Source: Takakia lepidozioides
Lineage: Eukaryota; Plantae; Bryophyta
Reading direction: 5' to 3'
Assembly (NCBI GenBank): GCA_030704615.1
Contig: CM060733.1
Location: 33,604,001 to 33,668,000 of the forward strand
DNA: 64,000 bases
The notes under the pieces are model-generated. The model had not been told where the DNA came from. It saw nothing but the letters and a program-made list of their open reading frames with translations, and ran no database searches. Below are positions 13,535 to 26,645 of this stretch, piece by piece (the stretch's first letter is position 1; every line of letters starts with the position of its first letter). The position numbers were made by a program, and so were the translations under genes.

Positions 13535-13870
13535 GGGTATTGAGTAGACGGATATTTGGCTCGGATCCATTTTGGAGAACGTGGGCATGCACTTGCTTTC
13601 CCGTTTCTAGGTCTTTACTCTTGATACACCCTTGTAAAATGCACAATTAAGTAGTGGAGTCTGGCGGCCAAAATGAATTGCTGGTTCAAAACGTTGAGTG
13701 CCTGTTTGACTTGTTCTCCCTTATACCCTGTACCCACAGCCACAGTAGTACCAGAAATTTTTTTCTTGAGTCCCTCTCCTGATCCTATTTCAAAAGCATT
13801 TGTTGTGGAGGTGTCATATTCAAACAACTATACCTAATTCGACACGCCCATCCTGCATGACTCAAAATCT
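13535..13870 (-). pseudogene. PLS-type PPR gene fragment
   Basis: Minus strand reads DSTT*LCILQGCIKSKDLETGKQVHAHVLQNGSEPNIRLLNTLV. Confidence 0.7.
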
Positions 13871-15195
13871 TTACTTACAAACTTACAATCAACTGGCATA
13901 CTGTATTTCCTAGCTCATTGATAAACCAAGAAAATATCTCTCAAAGAAGAGAGGCTTCAGGCAAGTATGAAGAGGTGCTAAAGTCTTATAGTTAGAGAAT
14001 AAGTGGTAGGAATGCTACATGTTTGGAACCCAAGAAAATAGTAAATACAATACCATATGTATCCAAGGACTCGAGCTTTGTGAAGGCTTATTTTGTGCTT
14101 GAATGAGATTCTTCGGTCCTCACAAGTGCACGTTAAACTAGGGGTGTAAGAGCTCGGAGGGGGGGGGTGGGGTTTACTGCACGAGAAGAGAGATGAACAT
14201 GTAGAGGATCTCATCGTAGCGTGAGAGGCACCGAGATGAATCAAACCAATCCTCGACTTCTTCGGGAGAGTAGAGATCGGCACCGCGAGGTGGAATGAAG
14301 AGTTTCCATCCAGGAACGTCATGAACCGGTGTACAGGACCATACCAGCCTGAAGCTGTTGTTGCACCCAGGCGCCCAGTGGGGAAGGACCGTCAGTGACG
14401 GCCTTGAGCAGAATTGGAAGAGCAGAGATACAAAGGCTTGCTCGACTCTCTCAAAGTTTCTGCAATTCGTGCCTGCCAATCCTCCGCTTCAAGATCCCTA
14501 TCACCGGACTCTCTGAGCGCTCTGCGGCGATCGAGATTTGCCTGCAGGTATGGGGCTGACCTTGCTCTGATACGAGGTAATCTTGGTGGAGCTCTCCGCT
14601 GGTTGTCGTCCACCTCCTGAAGAACCTGCATGATGACGAAGGGCGGAGGATGGGAAAACAGAGAAGAAAAGGAAGAGAGAAACAGAGCTGGAACCCATGC
14701 TTCAATTCTAAAAGTAGTCCCTGTTCTATATTTGGATTTCCATACTATAATCAATTCAACGCACTGACTGTAGGGCGTGTCCCCATTAGGCCGTAACCGT
14801 AACTGGACCCGGCCCACAACTGGAGGTTCCAGCATGTGTTGGAGCTGCGAAAGTTTAGTCTCGAAGATAAGAGGTAGGTAACACAATCACTTGTCTTGTC
14901 GACATGCGGGCAGGAGCAAGAATTATTCTATCAGCAACGAGCGGCATGCGAAACGTGGCAGTGCGTGCTGCAGTATCAAGTGACCAAGTATTCGTATATG
15001 AAAAGAGACAACTGTTCACACCATGTCTCTTGGACGCTTTACATCTGTCATTGGCACTCGAGATACTTGTTCGTGCGCGCAGTCTATCAGAATGGGGCCG
15101 TATGACTTTGATTGTCTGAAAGCAGTTTTCGTAAATCAAAAGACTTCTGATCCTCTTCTGATCTTCAATACTCTAACTCTACAATGACTGACTCC

Positions 15196-15540
15196 ATGGC
15201 AGAATGCCACGGACTCATTCTCGAACGATTTGATGGTAAGAACTTCTTCCTATGGAAATTCAAGATGGAGATCATGATTTTAGAAGAGTCGAAGGGTGTA
15301 TGGAATGCTATCTCGAATGAAGATACTAACTAGAAGAGTTTGATGACGATGAAGTAATCAAGGCCTTCGCACAAAACATGCTTGCAAGGCATCGAGGATT
15401 TGCCTAAAGTTCAGGTGATTGAACTCATCTCGAATTCAACCGCAAGCACATAACTTGGATGCTCTTGAAAACATGTGGGAGACCAAGAGCTTGATCAACA
15501 AACTCTTTCTACACGTAAGTCTTCACAAAGAAAATCAATA
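15196..15540 (+). mobile_element. Ty1/Copia gag remnant; possible LTR start at ~14837 (TGTTGGA)
   Basis: MAECHGLILERFDGKNFFLWKFKMEIM matches the Copia gag N-terminal motif, followed by stops. Confidence 0.7.
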
Positions 15541-15725
15541 CCCGGTTGGATTGAGCATTGAGTGTCAACCAGGTGATTCACTAGTACTAGCACTTCTCGA
15601 GATGATCAGACTTCTCTTCCTGCTAACTTACACCTAGACTTGGCCTATCGGAGATTTGTCTACAATATACATGTATGCAACTGCCTGATTGATTTCAAGG
15701 AGAACTGAGTGATGTTCTCCTCGAG

Positions 15726-16877
15726 ATGAGAGGCATCAACAAGAACAGTCATTCTTACGGGAACTCAAAAATTGCAAAGGCTGCTCTAAAGGAGGCGGTA
15801 TCTAATCTCCTATTCCTAAATGTGACACACGCAAAAATCAAGAAGATCGTACACAAGGTAGTGATAGAGGCATCTGAATCCCTCCCTCGCAAGCCTGTGG
15901 TCTACAACGCATGCTTTGGCGAGTTCGAATTTTCGGAAGCCTTCAAAGCATACGAGTATGAAGATCCCAGTTCATGCACGGACGATGGGTACTCCGTCGA
16001 CCGGACCTTGCTATACGACACGATTTGTGCATTTGGAAAGGCCGTATGTGGTCAGGCGCGGCTGATCGAGCAACACACTCGGTGTGTGTATGTTTATCGG
16101 CTGCATACCGAGCTGCGAGAACTACAACGGCTGGAGGATAACACGACCTTCATGCGCTCTACGGGCCAGATCATTGAACAGCGGATATGGAGCAAGAAGT
16201 TTGGGAAAAATGACGACATCGATCTTTGGACTCTCGTACACTCCGATCGTGTCGACGAGGAATTCATGTCCAACATGTCTAAATGTGCTCTGACCAAGGC
16301 AGCGAATGCTGTGGAGGCAGAACTCTCAAGCCTGCAAAACACAATCACAACCGAGATCGCTGACCTCATGACGGAGTTTGGTGACGAAACTCTGACAGCA
16401 GCCTACCGCTTTCTGGAAGCTGCCCGTCCAGCACCCTACCACATTGCCAAGGTCTGTCAGAAGCTCGAGTCAGGGAAGGGGGCCGCCTTCGAGAAAGCTC
16501 GCAAAGAATGCAAGGACACAATTGTGTTCGCTATGCGCTTTCCAGAGTACTGGTACCTGGATCCTCGTCATCAGCGTCGCGATGCCTTTGGTGATGTTCA
16601 CGGGAATCTGGTCCTGGATGCATATGCATGTGCAGCTTCGATCGTCAAAGGGTGGGTGCTGTTTCCACCTCCCCTCTACCCAGACTTATCCAAGATTGCA
16701 GCCACTGTGCACGAAGCCGTTGGCTTTCTCTTCGCCGGGTCACAGGACTCGCTCTTGAAAGTGGAATGGGTGCCCCAGCTCGCCGACTACCATATCACCA
16801 ACTATGATGGCTTTGAAACAGTGAATTGGGGGTACCAGAACTCGAATGCTGAAGCTGGATTCTACATGACACCCTGA
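15726..16877 (+). CDS. Intronless 383-aa hypothetical protein with phage/NCLDV-like terminal motifs
   Basis: Uninterrupted ORF. VVYNACFGEFEFSEAF and LLKVEWVPQLADYHITNYDGFETV recall a viral hypothetical family (recalled, not searched). Confidence 0.65.
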   Translation: MRGINKNSHSYGNSKIAKAALKEAVSNLLFLNVTHAKIKKIVHKVVIEASESLPRKPVVYNACFGEFEFSEAFKAYEYEDPSSCTDDGYSVDRTLLYDTICAFGKAVCGQARLIEQHTRCVYVYRLHTELRELQRLEDNTTFMRSTGQIIEQRIWSKKFGKNDDIDLWTLVHSDRVDEEFMSNMSKCALTKAANAVEAELSSLQNTITTEIADLMTEFGDETLTAAYRFLEAARPAPYHIAKVCQKLESGKGAAFEKARKECKDTIVFAMRFPEYWYLDPRHQRRDAFGDVHGNLVLDAYACAASIVKGWVLFPPPLYPDLSKIAATVHEAVGFLFAGSQDSLLKVEWVPQLADYHITNYDGFETVNWGYQNSNAEAGFYMTP

Positions 16878-18041
16878 TGACCAGATGTTTGGAAAGCCTG
16901 CACCAGTCAGTCCAAGAGTGGCGACCATTTGCAAACTTGGAGATCATGAATCTCTGCATCCCCAGAGAAATCTACCAGGCACTAGCGAAGCTCGTGAAGC
17001 CGCCCATGATGATCAAGACCAAGGAAGTAGCTGTTGAATGTGAATGTGGCTTCTGCAGCTTGCAACGTGGAGGTGCGAAACACACTTTTGAATTGGGGCA
17101 AGTCTGAGGTGATATTTTGTGACTGTGCATGAAGTGCACAATGAGGTATTGGGGCCCCCTCCACTGTCACTCTGAATCCGAAAGTTGGTTGGGGGCCTGG
17201 TTTTGGAGGGGATGACATCATTGAAAGGGAAGACACTTCAATGGTGTCATGCTTCGGCTTCCCCCACACAGGTCCAGCTCACTCCAACTGCCGACACAAA
17301 GGTTTCTTCAAAATTGAATGGAAGGCAATGGATGTCAAGAGTACGCACACACACTGCAAGAGTTGTTGCAGCAGCAAATGTGAGCAACTCTTCTTAAGAG
17401 ATGCTTCCCCTCTTTGCTTCAAATCTCACTGCCGAGTTAAAATGCCTTTCACCACTGCATAAGGGAGGGTGTCAGACATATACAACATACGAGTCCATAA
17501 CTCAGTTCTGAACGAGATTCGGCAGGAAGATCCCTGCTTCAATGAACACAAGTTTTGTGGAAATACATAGCACAATGACCACCAGGAGGTTGATGGAGGG
17601 GACAATTTCCCTATCATTGGAGATTACTGGTGCCATTTGAGGGCAAGGACTAATCGATCACAGGGGAAATCAAAATACATACCAACTCTTTTCATGTACA
17701 GAGAGAGGGAAGGAGGCAGTCCCAACCGCAAGAGCAGAACAGACAACAGAAGGAGAGGATGATGCTTCTGGGAGGATGATGCTTCCGAACGACCCAATGA
17801 CAGGCACACCTGGTGGCTCTTGTATCGCACCATGCCTGGATGTACTCATGAGACGTTTGCAGCAGCCTTGGTGCCTGTCATTCCGACCTGACCGGCACTT
17901 GGAAAGAAAGCGACGTTTGTGAAGGGAGTTTACGAGACTTACTATTTTGGAGAGAATGAAACTGCAGCAGGGCAGGGCTGGTGGACTGTTGTCTCACTAG
18001 CAATAAATGATTCATGGAAAACCAATAGAGAAGCCACGCAG

Positions 18042-21000
18042 TTAGCGTGGAGATATTTCGAGGAACTTTGCTAAAACTGCATGTCGTCGTCCAAGAGATA
18101 TTGCTACCCAAAGCCATCCCACACACACCTGCAGCACACACATGAATTTAAGGACTCCTTGGTCAAGGAAGAAAGCAGAGAAGGTCAAATAGTGCCACGC
18201 CCTTATCTCTTGTCTGCACTTTGTCAAAATACAGGGGACAAGACAACAGACTAATGCTGGGCTCCAGCTTTAAGAAACAACAGAAGAGAACATACTTATG
18301 TGCTTGATTTGAACCCTGCTCCCTCTCTCAATAGTCCCCACTCAGGGCCTCCTGTGGACTTTCCGATGTCTTTAATTCATCATTCATTCTTCCTCTCTCC
18401 TCTCTCTTCTCTCACATCCATCTTCTACACTCTAAGCAACCCCCATCGCTTTGCTAGTTTCACTACTTTGGAGGAGTTTAAAGAGCGATAGATCACACAA
18501 AATAATCTACAAACTCCTTGCAGAAGCAATTTGCTACTGTGCAGCAATAGTAAGCCAGAGTGCAACAATAAAAACTATCCCATTAGTTGCACATTCAATG
18601 GAAATGGACCCTACCGGCAATGCGCAGATGGCAACAGCTGAAGGCCCCTGCAAAAGCAAGCCTTCCATCACCTTGTAAATACCTGCTGCAGCGGCATCTC
18701 CCAATCTTTGCACAAATGTGTCAATGCACACCTGGACAATCAAGAGAATTGGTATCTCTCATAGACCATACCTCATCCTAAAGTAGCAGAATTTGGATGT
18801 TTGACAGGCAGAATATGGGGAGCAAGAGGGATTGAGCAACCAATGAGGGCACTGATTTCTTTTATGTGACCCTTTCTGTTGTATACTCATTTTGAAACAA
18901 ACCACCAGTAAAAGAGAAACCTGCAGCACAATGACAAACATAACAATGCTGACACTGGTCTAAGCTTTTCTCTGCACAAATTGGTTCACCATTTTCAAAG
19001 AGAGATTGAGAACTATTCACTGACATTCGGGCAGGGCACAGAGGTATTCACCTTGGCCTTATACTTCTCTTCACGAGTAATGACTGTGAAGAGGATCTCC
19101 CTGGCTGGTCTTGTTACAACATAATTGATCAACTGTAAAAAGCACACAACATTGATGTGGCAAGCACTCACTGCACCGATCCTTTTTTATGACATGTCAG
19201 CTTCACAAATCTTGTCCAAAGAGCACCATAACTGAAGATGCTTGTGAATGTTTTTAATGTTTTTTAGGGGTTCCATATCAGGGAGTATTACTTCTCATGA
19301 CCTACTGCTTAAACAATAAGGGATCCTTGGTTGTGTCGTGTAAGAATCTTTCAGCCCGCAAAGAAAACAGACAGCCTCCTGGTTTAATTCCCCCTGAGCC
19401 ATATCAGCTAAAGGTATGATTTTCTTGCCTCCGTTAGCCACAAGAGTGGTCTTTCAAGGATTAAAATTTTCTCTAGTACAAGTATTCTTTACAAAGGCCC
19501 TGGATAGGGGGTGACCCCCCAAGGGGAAGAGGCTCCAATTTATGCTGACTTCAGTCGGTGTTGTCTCTCTCTTCTCTACAATCAAACGACCTAAAACAAT
19601 TGTATAGAACAAAAAACTCATGTAACAAAGCCTTACTTGCGGACCTTGCGAGTGGCCTCAGAGACAGCCACAACCAGTGAGGATGGTGATGTAGCAATTG
19701 AGGTCAAATTCAGGAATGCCACCACAGGTAGTGCACAAAGGGCTGCAGTCACTCCAACCCTAGTTAGAAGCCGCCCCTGCAACCAAATATTATCTCCCAT
19801 TAATATAGCAGCATCTCACATCCTATTACTCTCCAAAGAATGCTAGGCATAATTTGCAGGTCTGAAAGAAAGAAAGAAACTTTATAACATACAAAAGCTC
19901 CCTCAAAGCTGAAATCCCGCAGTGCATTGTCCAACTCTAACTGGCAGCAACACCTCTACAAGAGAGGAGAGAAATCAGGCACTTCCCTCCAAACATTTAT
20001 CAACACTCAAAAGTGGTGCTGTCAGGAAAGTATGCCTGAAGATGTAATAAAATACCGTGACAGTGAGTTGGCCAATGAGGATAACAACAGCAGTCAAACT
20101 GTTGATCTCTGCCAGTAATATTCTCCTTCCCACAGGGTCTTGGACGGTTCCCGCTACCACAGCAGATCTCTGAGCAAAATAATCTGACTTTCTCAGCTGG
20201 CTTCACACTCTTCTCACCATTAAGCATCTTCTGGCTCATCGAGTAGCTAAATCCCAGTACATACACACCTTTTCATACTATGGACTGAACCATCTTTCTT
20301 GTAACTTAACAAAGATACGATCGAAATAATGTTGGACACAGGTAAGACTGTTCTGTCTCTAAGGATCCCCAACCACAGCCAGACACAGTTAGCAGCAAGC
20401 AACCAACACATATCAATCTATTTTCACCCTACTGGTACAGGAGGTTGGAAACATGGAAAAAAAAACATCTCTTCGCTGATTAGCAGTGGAAATTACCTTG
20501 TGAGTATATTTATTCAATTTCTTCTCCACTCTGATGTGAGGGATTTGGGAAACCAGCATTTGTCTTCCGGGTTACTGGTTAGAGGCAGCAAGAGAACAAA
20601 ACTTCTAGAATAAAGATGGAGAGTTCAGCAACCTTCCATGGTAAGCTTCCTACATGGAAATTAAGAAGAATCTAGAACAAGGATAAGGAGATTAGAAAGC
20701 TTCCTATGGAGAGCCAGTAAAGAGCTAGGGAAGCATGTTCAAGTAGGGGTTTTGCATATCCAAGCGAGAAAGTTGGTAAAGAAGGCCAAGGAAATGGTTG
20801 TCCTGTTTGTGAGGGAGGCCAAGGATGCAAGTGCCAAGGAACCAAGTCTGGACAAACCTTCCACTCTTAAGTTGCTGTTCTATGCTCAAGTAATGAGAGA
20901 GAAGGGAAAAGGCCTGGGCACCTCAAAATAGAAGAAGGATGAGATGACAGCTGTCAGCCAAAGGAATGCACAAGCATAAAGGAGGTATGTCGAAGCCAGA

Positions 21001-24000
21001 ATCAGCCGCACACCCTCCAGCATAGCAGAAAGCTTAGCAAGTGGCTGAGTGTCAACGGACTCCTCTGAAAAACTCAAAGACTCTACCGTATCTCCACCTT
21101 TGCTTCCATCATCGCTGCCTTCAATAAACTGTTGACCTTCACTCTCCTTGCTGTTCATGAAACACTGACATTGTGTCAATTTCTATGAAGGAATCAGGGA
21201 TCAATTAGAATTAGACTTAGTATAGCTCCTCCATCCTAGAATAATCAATGTACAGATAACTGCCCCAGTTAGAGTGACAGAAGGATCAGGGAAGTGGCTT
21301 TTTTACTCACAGCGGCTACGTAATTGCTAGAACCTTTCTCTCTCTGTGGTTCCTTGTTGTTTCACTTGTGTCCCTTGGGCTCTCGCAATGTACTCAATTC
21401 CTTTCTTTCTGTCTTTCACTTTCTCACATATTCCCCGGACTCTTTGGCGGCGATACGAGAGACCGTTTTTGGATTTCCCGCATCTCCGGGTTGCTCGCTA
21501 GCATCTCTCACACACTCACATCAACTCTTTGGTTCCCTGTCTCTAAATTGATGTTCATCCCTTCTTTCTTCTTCCTCGGGCTTGCATAGTTGCTGGCCAT
21601 CAGCTGCTATACTCTTTACATGGTGATCCATTGTCCCAATGCTACCTGTACATGTACCTCCCAAGGTTGGGTGGCAGTACTTGACCTAGAAAGGGATACT
21701 GGGTCCAAACCGTCTTCACCAACACTTACAGCACAGCGTGCAGCCAGCTCCATCATAAGTGCTGAGACCAGCAACAAAACTGCAGAACATACAACAAGAG
21801 CATCTGAAGTGTGTCCAGCAATCGTTAAGCTAGTTATGATCAATTTGCTTCTAGCACCCCTACAATCTGTCTCCTTGTATTTCCGTTCATGCTGGAAAGA
21901 CCCAAATCAATCCACGGAACAGGAAAAAGTAAAATACTTGTACAATTCAATACATTCCCTGCTAGGGCCTGTCAGAGACTTAATGGTCCTGGTTGCCTTT
22001 GGCAACTGGCAGCTCTTGGACAGTCACAGACACCATATTACAAATGCTTCTTTTTAGTCTAAATAAATTCAATGATTTAAAAATGTGATATTTGATGATC
22101 GAATAAGATTTAAAAACAAAAAAAAAATTAAAACTTTTGAAGTTTCTTTTCTAATATGTTTATAGCTGCGTGAGGCTACGGCAAATACCGTCTCATGAGT
22201 ACATTCTAATATGTTGGAAATATGTTGAGAACACCAGAGCCCACAATTGACAATTTTAAAGAACTCAGTGAAATGTAAAGTACATGGAATGTGTCATTCT
22301 TCAATCCATAACTGATTAAGCTTTTGTTTCCTTTCCGATGAAGAGAGGTGCATACTTGGTCCAACGCGAGCCATGGCAACAGCCATTAATGACCCAACTA
22401 GCTGACCTAGTGTTGCACCCGCGCCCACAAACCCAAAAAGCCTTAGCCCAGCCTGCCAAGTGACGTAGATGTGGCTGCATCAGTCAAAAATAAGGAAAAA
22501 ATGTTTGCTCTTCACAACCCAGTTTGACCCAGCACACTTCCACCCAAAGAGAAGTTATGAGTATGTGAATCTGGACGAACTTCAATAGTGCAGCAAGGCC
22601 TCTTGAATGTTGTACAAACCTCACTAGTCATAATGTCAGAGAGTCGAGCCCACATTGCTGAAATTGTAAACAGATTCAGTAACGCAATCTGCAACCAGAA
22701 ATTGAATAATGGTCATTACTTTCACCCAAAACATATAAAACATGGCATGTCAACAAATGGGGTGACACATTCCTCGTTCATCCACCTAGATTCAGCACTA
22801 GAGAAAGGCAACAATTTAACTTGTGAGTTGTAACTCTTACGAGCAAGAACAGAACTGCTAACTTTCAATTGCCCAAAGGGTACAGAGATGACGTACAATC
22901 TACCTCATGTATGTGACCCCTGTAGAAGTCGACTTATCAAAAGGACAGCTACATGCAAACTGAGCTATGGACTCGAGGTGTACGGCAATCTGTTGAGACT
23001 AAAAGCGTCTGACAGCACAGGTGAAGCCATATATCAAGTTTCTAGTTTAGAAGAGGGTACTGGAACATTACATGGAAGAACAATAGGCAATGTGATGTAA
23101 TGCCATATAAACTCACCCATAAGAAGAAGCTACCACGCACAGCAATGAACATCCATGAAAGGCTTTGCCAATTGGTGGGATGGACTGAGTTCCTATCGAC
23201 AGCCCCCAAGGCAGCTTCAGCTTTCAAGCCATGCAGTAAGCTTCCAACCTAGCCATCCATCCCTCTCATCAACCTGTCTGACCATAATTCTCCTGCCAGA
23301 TTTGAACACTTAAGACGCAGGACACTCATTCATTTGACACGACGTTCAATTAGTCCAATATATCACTGTGAGAGCTGGTAAAGAGTTCACAATTGGAGAG
23401 GTAACCAAGGATAAAATGAGATAACCACATCCCAGGTAGAGAAGAGCTTTCCAAGATGAAAACAGAGGCAGCAGGACAAAACCTTAATGAAGACGTGGAA
23501 AAAGAAACAGTAAAAGAGGAGGGAAACTAGAAAGAATGCTGTTTCATCAATTAGACAGTCAATCCAAGAGAGCAGGACAAATCGACTACATCCTGTATGA
23601 CAGTGACCAGCAACTCCCCACTGACTTCATCAGTTCCCACCAGAGGGTTCAGATATCTGAGTTTCAGTGTCACCACTGGAAGACTAAGCCAATACATAAT
23701 TGTAGCATTCAAATTCCGAAAAGGCCAGACTTGAAAAACAAGGAAAGGACGAGAAAGAGAGAGAGAGAGAGGGGCATAACCGAACTAAGATAAGTAGGCT
23801 GGAAAAACTCAAAACTATATCTGAACATGTTCCATACTTGAGCCCTAATCTGTTGTTTGAGCTTTAGCCACAACCTTTGTAACTGTTGGCAAAGGAGGGG
23901 CAGGAACTGTGATATACAGGAGGAAGAATAGAATGAGCGAACCACCGAAGAATCTGTACAGTATAACAAGTGCCTGCAAACCAACCAACACCAAAGAGCT

Positions 24001-24227
24001 CTGCCTTAGATGATGTGAGATTGCGCTACAGCAACAGCCAAAGCTCTGTTTTTCATTATCCCTTCGAGGGTAGTTTAGAAAAAGGTATACATGACTGAAA
24101 TGCTGAGAACCACATTTTGCACTAAGCTGGCACATGAAAATGTATCCAGGTCACCTTTTTCAGATCATCAGACTGACTCTTATCCATATGTACTCATAAG
24201 ACGTTGTTTGCACCCACGAGAGAGAGA

Positions 24228-24264
<37 letters not shown>

Positions 24265-25612
24265 CGAATTTAGCTTAAAATAGAGCCTCTTCCCTTTGCA
24301 GGTACTGACCCATTTTGGGGTGGGATCCTATCCTCTGCCCCTTGCTGTTGGAGCACCCACAAGATAGCATATGGCTGTCTTGACAATGTTAAGCAAGGGG
24401 ATTGCAAGGTGGCCTTTGTGGGTTCTGAAACCTATTACACATTTTATATTCTGTGGAGAAATCTCGGCATCCATTGACTGGAAGAAGAACTTCAAGATGT
24501 AAGTCCCCAACATGTCTTTATTTACCAAGTTGTCATCTGATTCGGAAAACATTCATGACCCTAAAATTCCATCTGCCTCTGAATTCCACACTGTAGACAT
24601 CCCTCCACAGGAGCTTTAATGATATAACAAGGGCTTACCCTCCCTTTAGGAAGATGTGGAAGAGAGAGCAAGTAGGATGAGGCTGGAGCAGCCAGCATTG
24701 TTAGCACCAGGGATGCTGAAAACAAAGCTGGCAAAGATCCTGTGCCCAGTGACAGGGCCGCCTCATCCCTCAATGGCAGGACCACAAAATATGCACTCAG
24801 CAGCTGCCACAGCAAAGCCCACAAACAAACATGCAAAAGTTAGCAGAAAATTAAAGAAAATAAGAAGAATTACAATTTGGTTTGTTGTTCTGCAGGTGAA
24901 CACCTGCATATGCACACTCCCAACACTATCTGCATGTTGCAAACTTACTGTATCTTAGTGGTAAACCGGAACGAATTATCAAGTGTTGATCTTCGAAGTA
25001 CCGAGAACTGCTCCCAACCACAACGCAGGGGAGAAAGTGCGAACAACTTGAGCTGAATGGTGGATGAACCTGCAACTCTCTGTGGAGACATCCCGACATA
25101 TTGGGATAGCCATTTCACTGCCATAACAGGTACACGCGGTGCAAAACCGCAGGACCTACAGAACTGTAGTAACTCAAATTAGGGGCCTAGGCAATGTGCC
25201 CGCAATGTTCAAGAAAGCCCGGACAGATAACTACGATTCTCGGGTCACATCACGTAGGTTGCGAATAAATTTGCAACGCAGACTGAATTGAAACCAAAAA
25301 CCCAAGTCTTTTCAGCTATCCTCAGGAGTAGTTCAATGCTCAGGGATTCACAAACAAGGTGTGCGCTGGGAGCCATAATCTGATCTTTACCACAATTCCT
25401 TGGGGATGTAACCTCTGCCGACCAAACATTGGGAAACAATTAGATCTTTGCTATATCTTTAATGGCTTGGGACAATGACGATTTGACAAATGCAGGCTGA
25501 TTGGAGAACTTACAAAGAAAAAAGCCGAGAATGCATGCAGCAGCGCCGGAACTTCATGTTGATGCACATGCACGAACCGGCTTACCAGCGCCTCCACATG
25601 TCTGTTGGTCAT
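18042..25612 (-). CDS. TLC ATP/ADP-transporter-like MFS protein (At5g05310-like), about 13 exons
   Basis: Exons read MTNRHVEALVSRFVHVHQHEVPALLHAFSAFFF (25612-~25514), LLSAYFVVLPLRDEAALSLG, ALVILYRFF, NLFTISAMWAR, RLFGFVGAGATLGQLVGS, SSFFYFE, AEINSLTA, YVVTRPAREILFTV..EEKYKAK, IDTFVQRLGDAAAAG, and last exon VCVGWLWVAISLGRR..SPR*. Confidence 0.9.
19495..19571 (+). mobile_element. Solo ~75-bp copy of the RLE-LINE 3' structured end, in an intron
   Basis: AAGGGGAAGAGGCTC..TTTATGCTGACTTCAGTCGG followed by a TC tail. Flanked by a near-perfect TSD, TTCTTTACAA (19485-94) / TTCTCTACAA (19572-81). Confidence 0.6.
24219..24552 (-). mobile_element. 5'-truncated RLE-LINE 3' fragment with structured 3' end and (TC)n tail, in an intron
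   Basis: ORF remnant ..HLAIPLLNIVKTAICYL..RG*, then TAGGATCCCACCCCAAAATGGGTCAGTACCTGCAAAGGGAAGAGGCTCTA..TTCGGTCGG and (TC)n. Confidence 0.65.
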
Positions 25613-26645
25613 TCTGTCAGAGGATTGTATTATACTTTCAACGACTCAGCGTCGTACACATCCTGTTGCCTTCTTCAAGGCAAGATGGCAAGGATCATTG
25701 ATGCGAATTCGAGCCTTCTCCTCCTTATTGAGGAACCGGGTCAAGTCCATGATACCATCTTTCCATATTTTGCACCAACTCTCACAGATGTTCTATGACG
25801 TGCTTTTCTTCTTATACATAGCACAAGTAAAGGATTTGGTGTTCCAAGATCACTGCAATTCCCTTTGATAACACAAAATAACGTCGGTGAAGTGGATGTT
25901 GGGAATCCATCTGTGACGACATTGTGGATTGAAGTTCAATCTGGATTTGCTTTAGTACTACCCGGTAGAGTACTCTAATCTAACGTGCTCTACGATTCGT
26001 CCCTTGCTCCTTCCTTCTATTCAGGGCCAAGACTCCGTTTGTGCCCGGGATTGTGAGGCGACTAAGAGGGATCTTACGCGCGGATCAGCATTGCAGATGC
26101 CTGCAACATCTACCTCGTGTCTATTTCAGTATGGCAAAACCGTGAACAATTACACGGAACTCACATAACCTCACAAACTATACAAGGTTGTTCGCATCTT
26201 GGAGTTTTGAAACAGCTTGGCATGCAAAATGTTGGCACACAATTTAGATCTTCGACAAATCCCGAAGGAAAATGAGAAGCTGTGACGATCAGCCATTGTC
26301 AAATCATGAAACCACACACGGAAAACCAAAACCCTAATATGTCTGAGCTGTGTCCATGGCAGCCATCGCCATTTCTTTCCCCTCTCCAAATTCACGAAGC
26401 TGCGTTGCCACCCTTTTACAAAAGGGTGGAAGAATAGTAAAACTGTCCAAAAATAGATGTACAGTGTACGTATAATACAAACCCTATTATTAGTATTTAG
26501 AATTCTAGCAACGCAAGGTTGGAAGCTAGTTTAGTGCCATAGTGCCTCGTCATCATCGCCATGTTTTGTAGACACGTCATCATAGCCATGTCATCATCGT
26601 CGACAAAAAATTTATCTCTGCCCAGACTGCCCAAAAGTAACTGTC

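Noticed and set aside
20640-20870. Possible L1 RT fragment in an intron
   Set aside because: Too short and degenerate to support a call.
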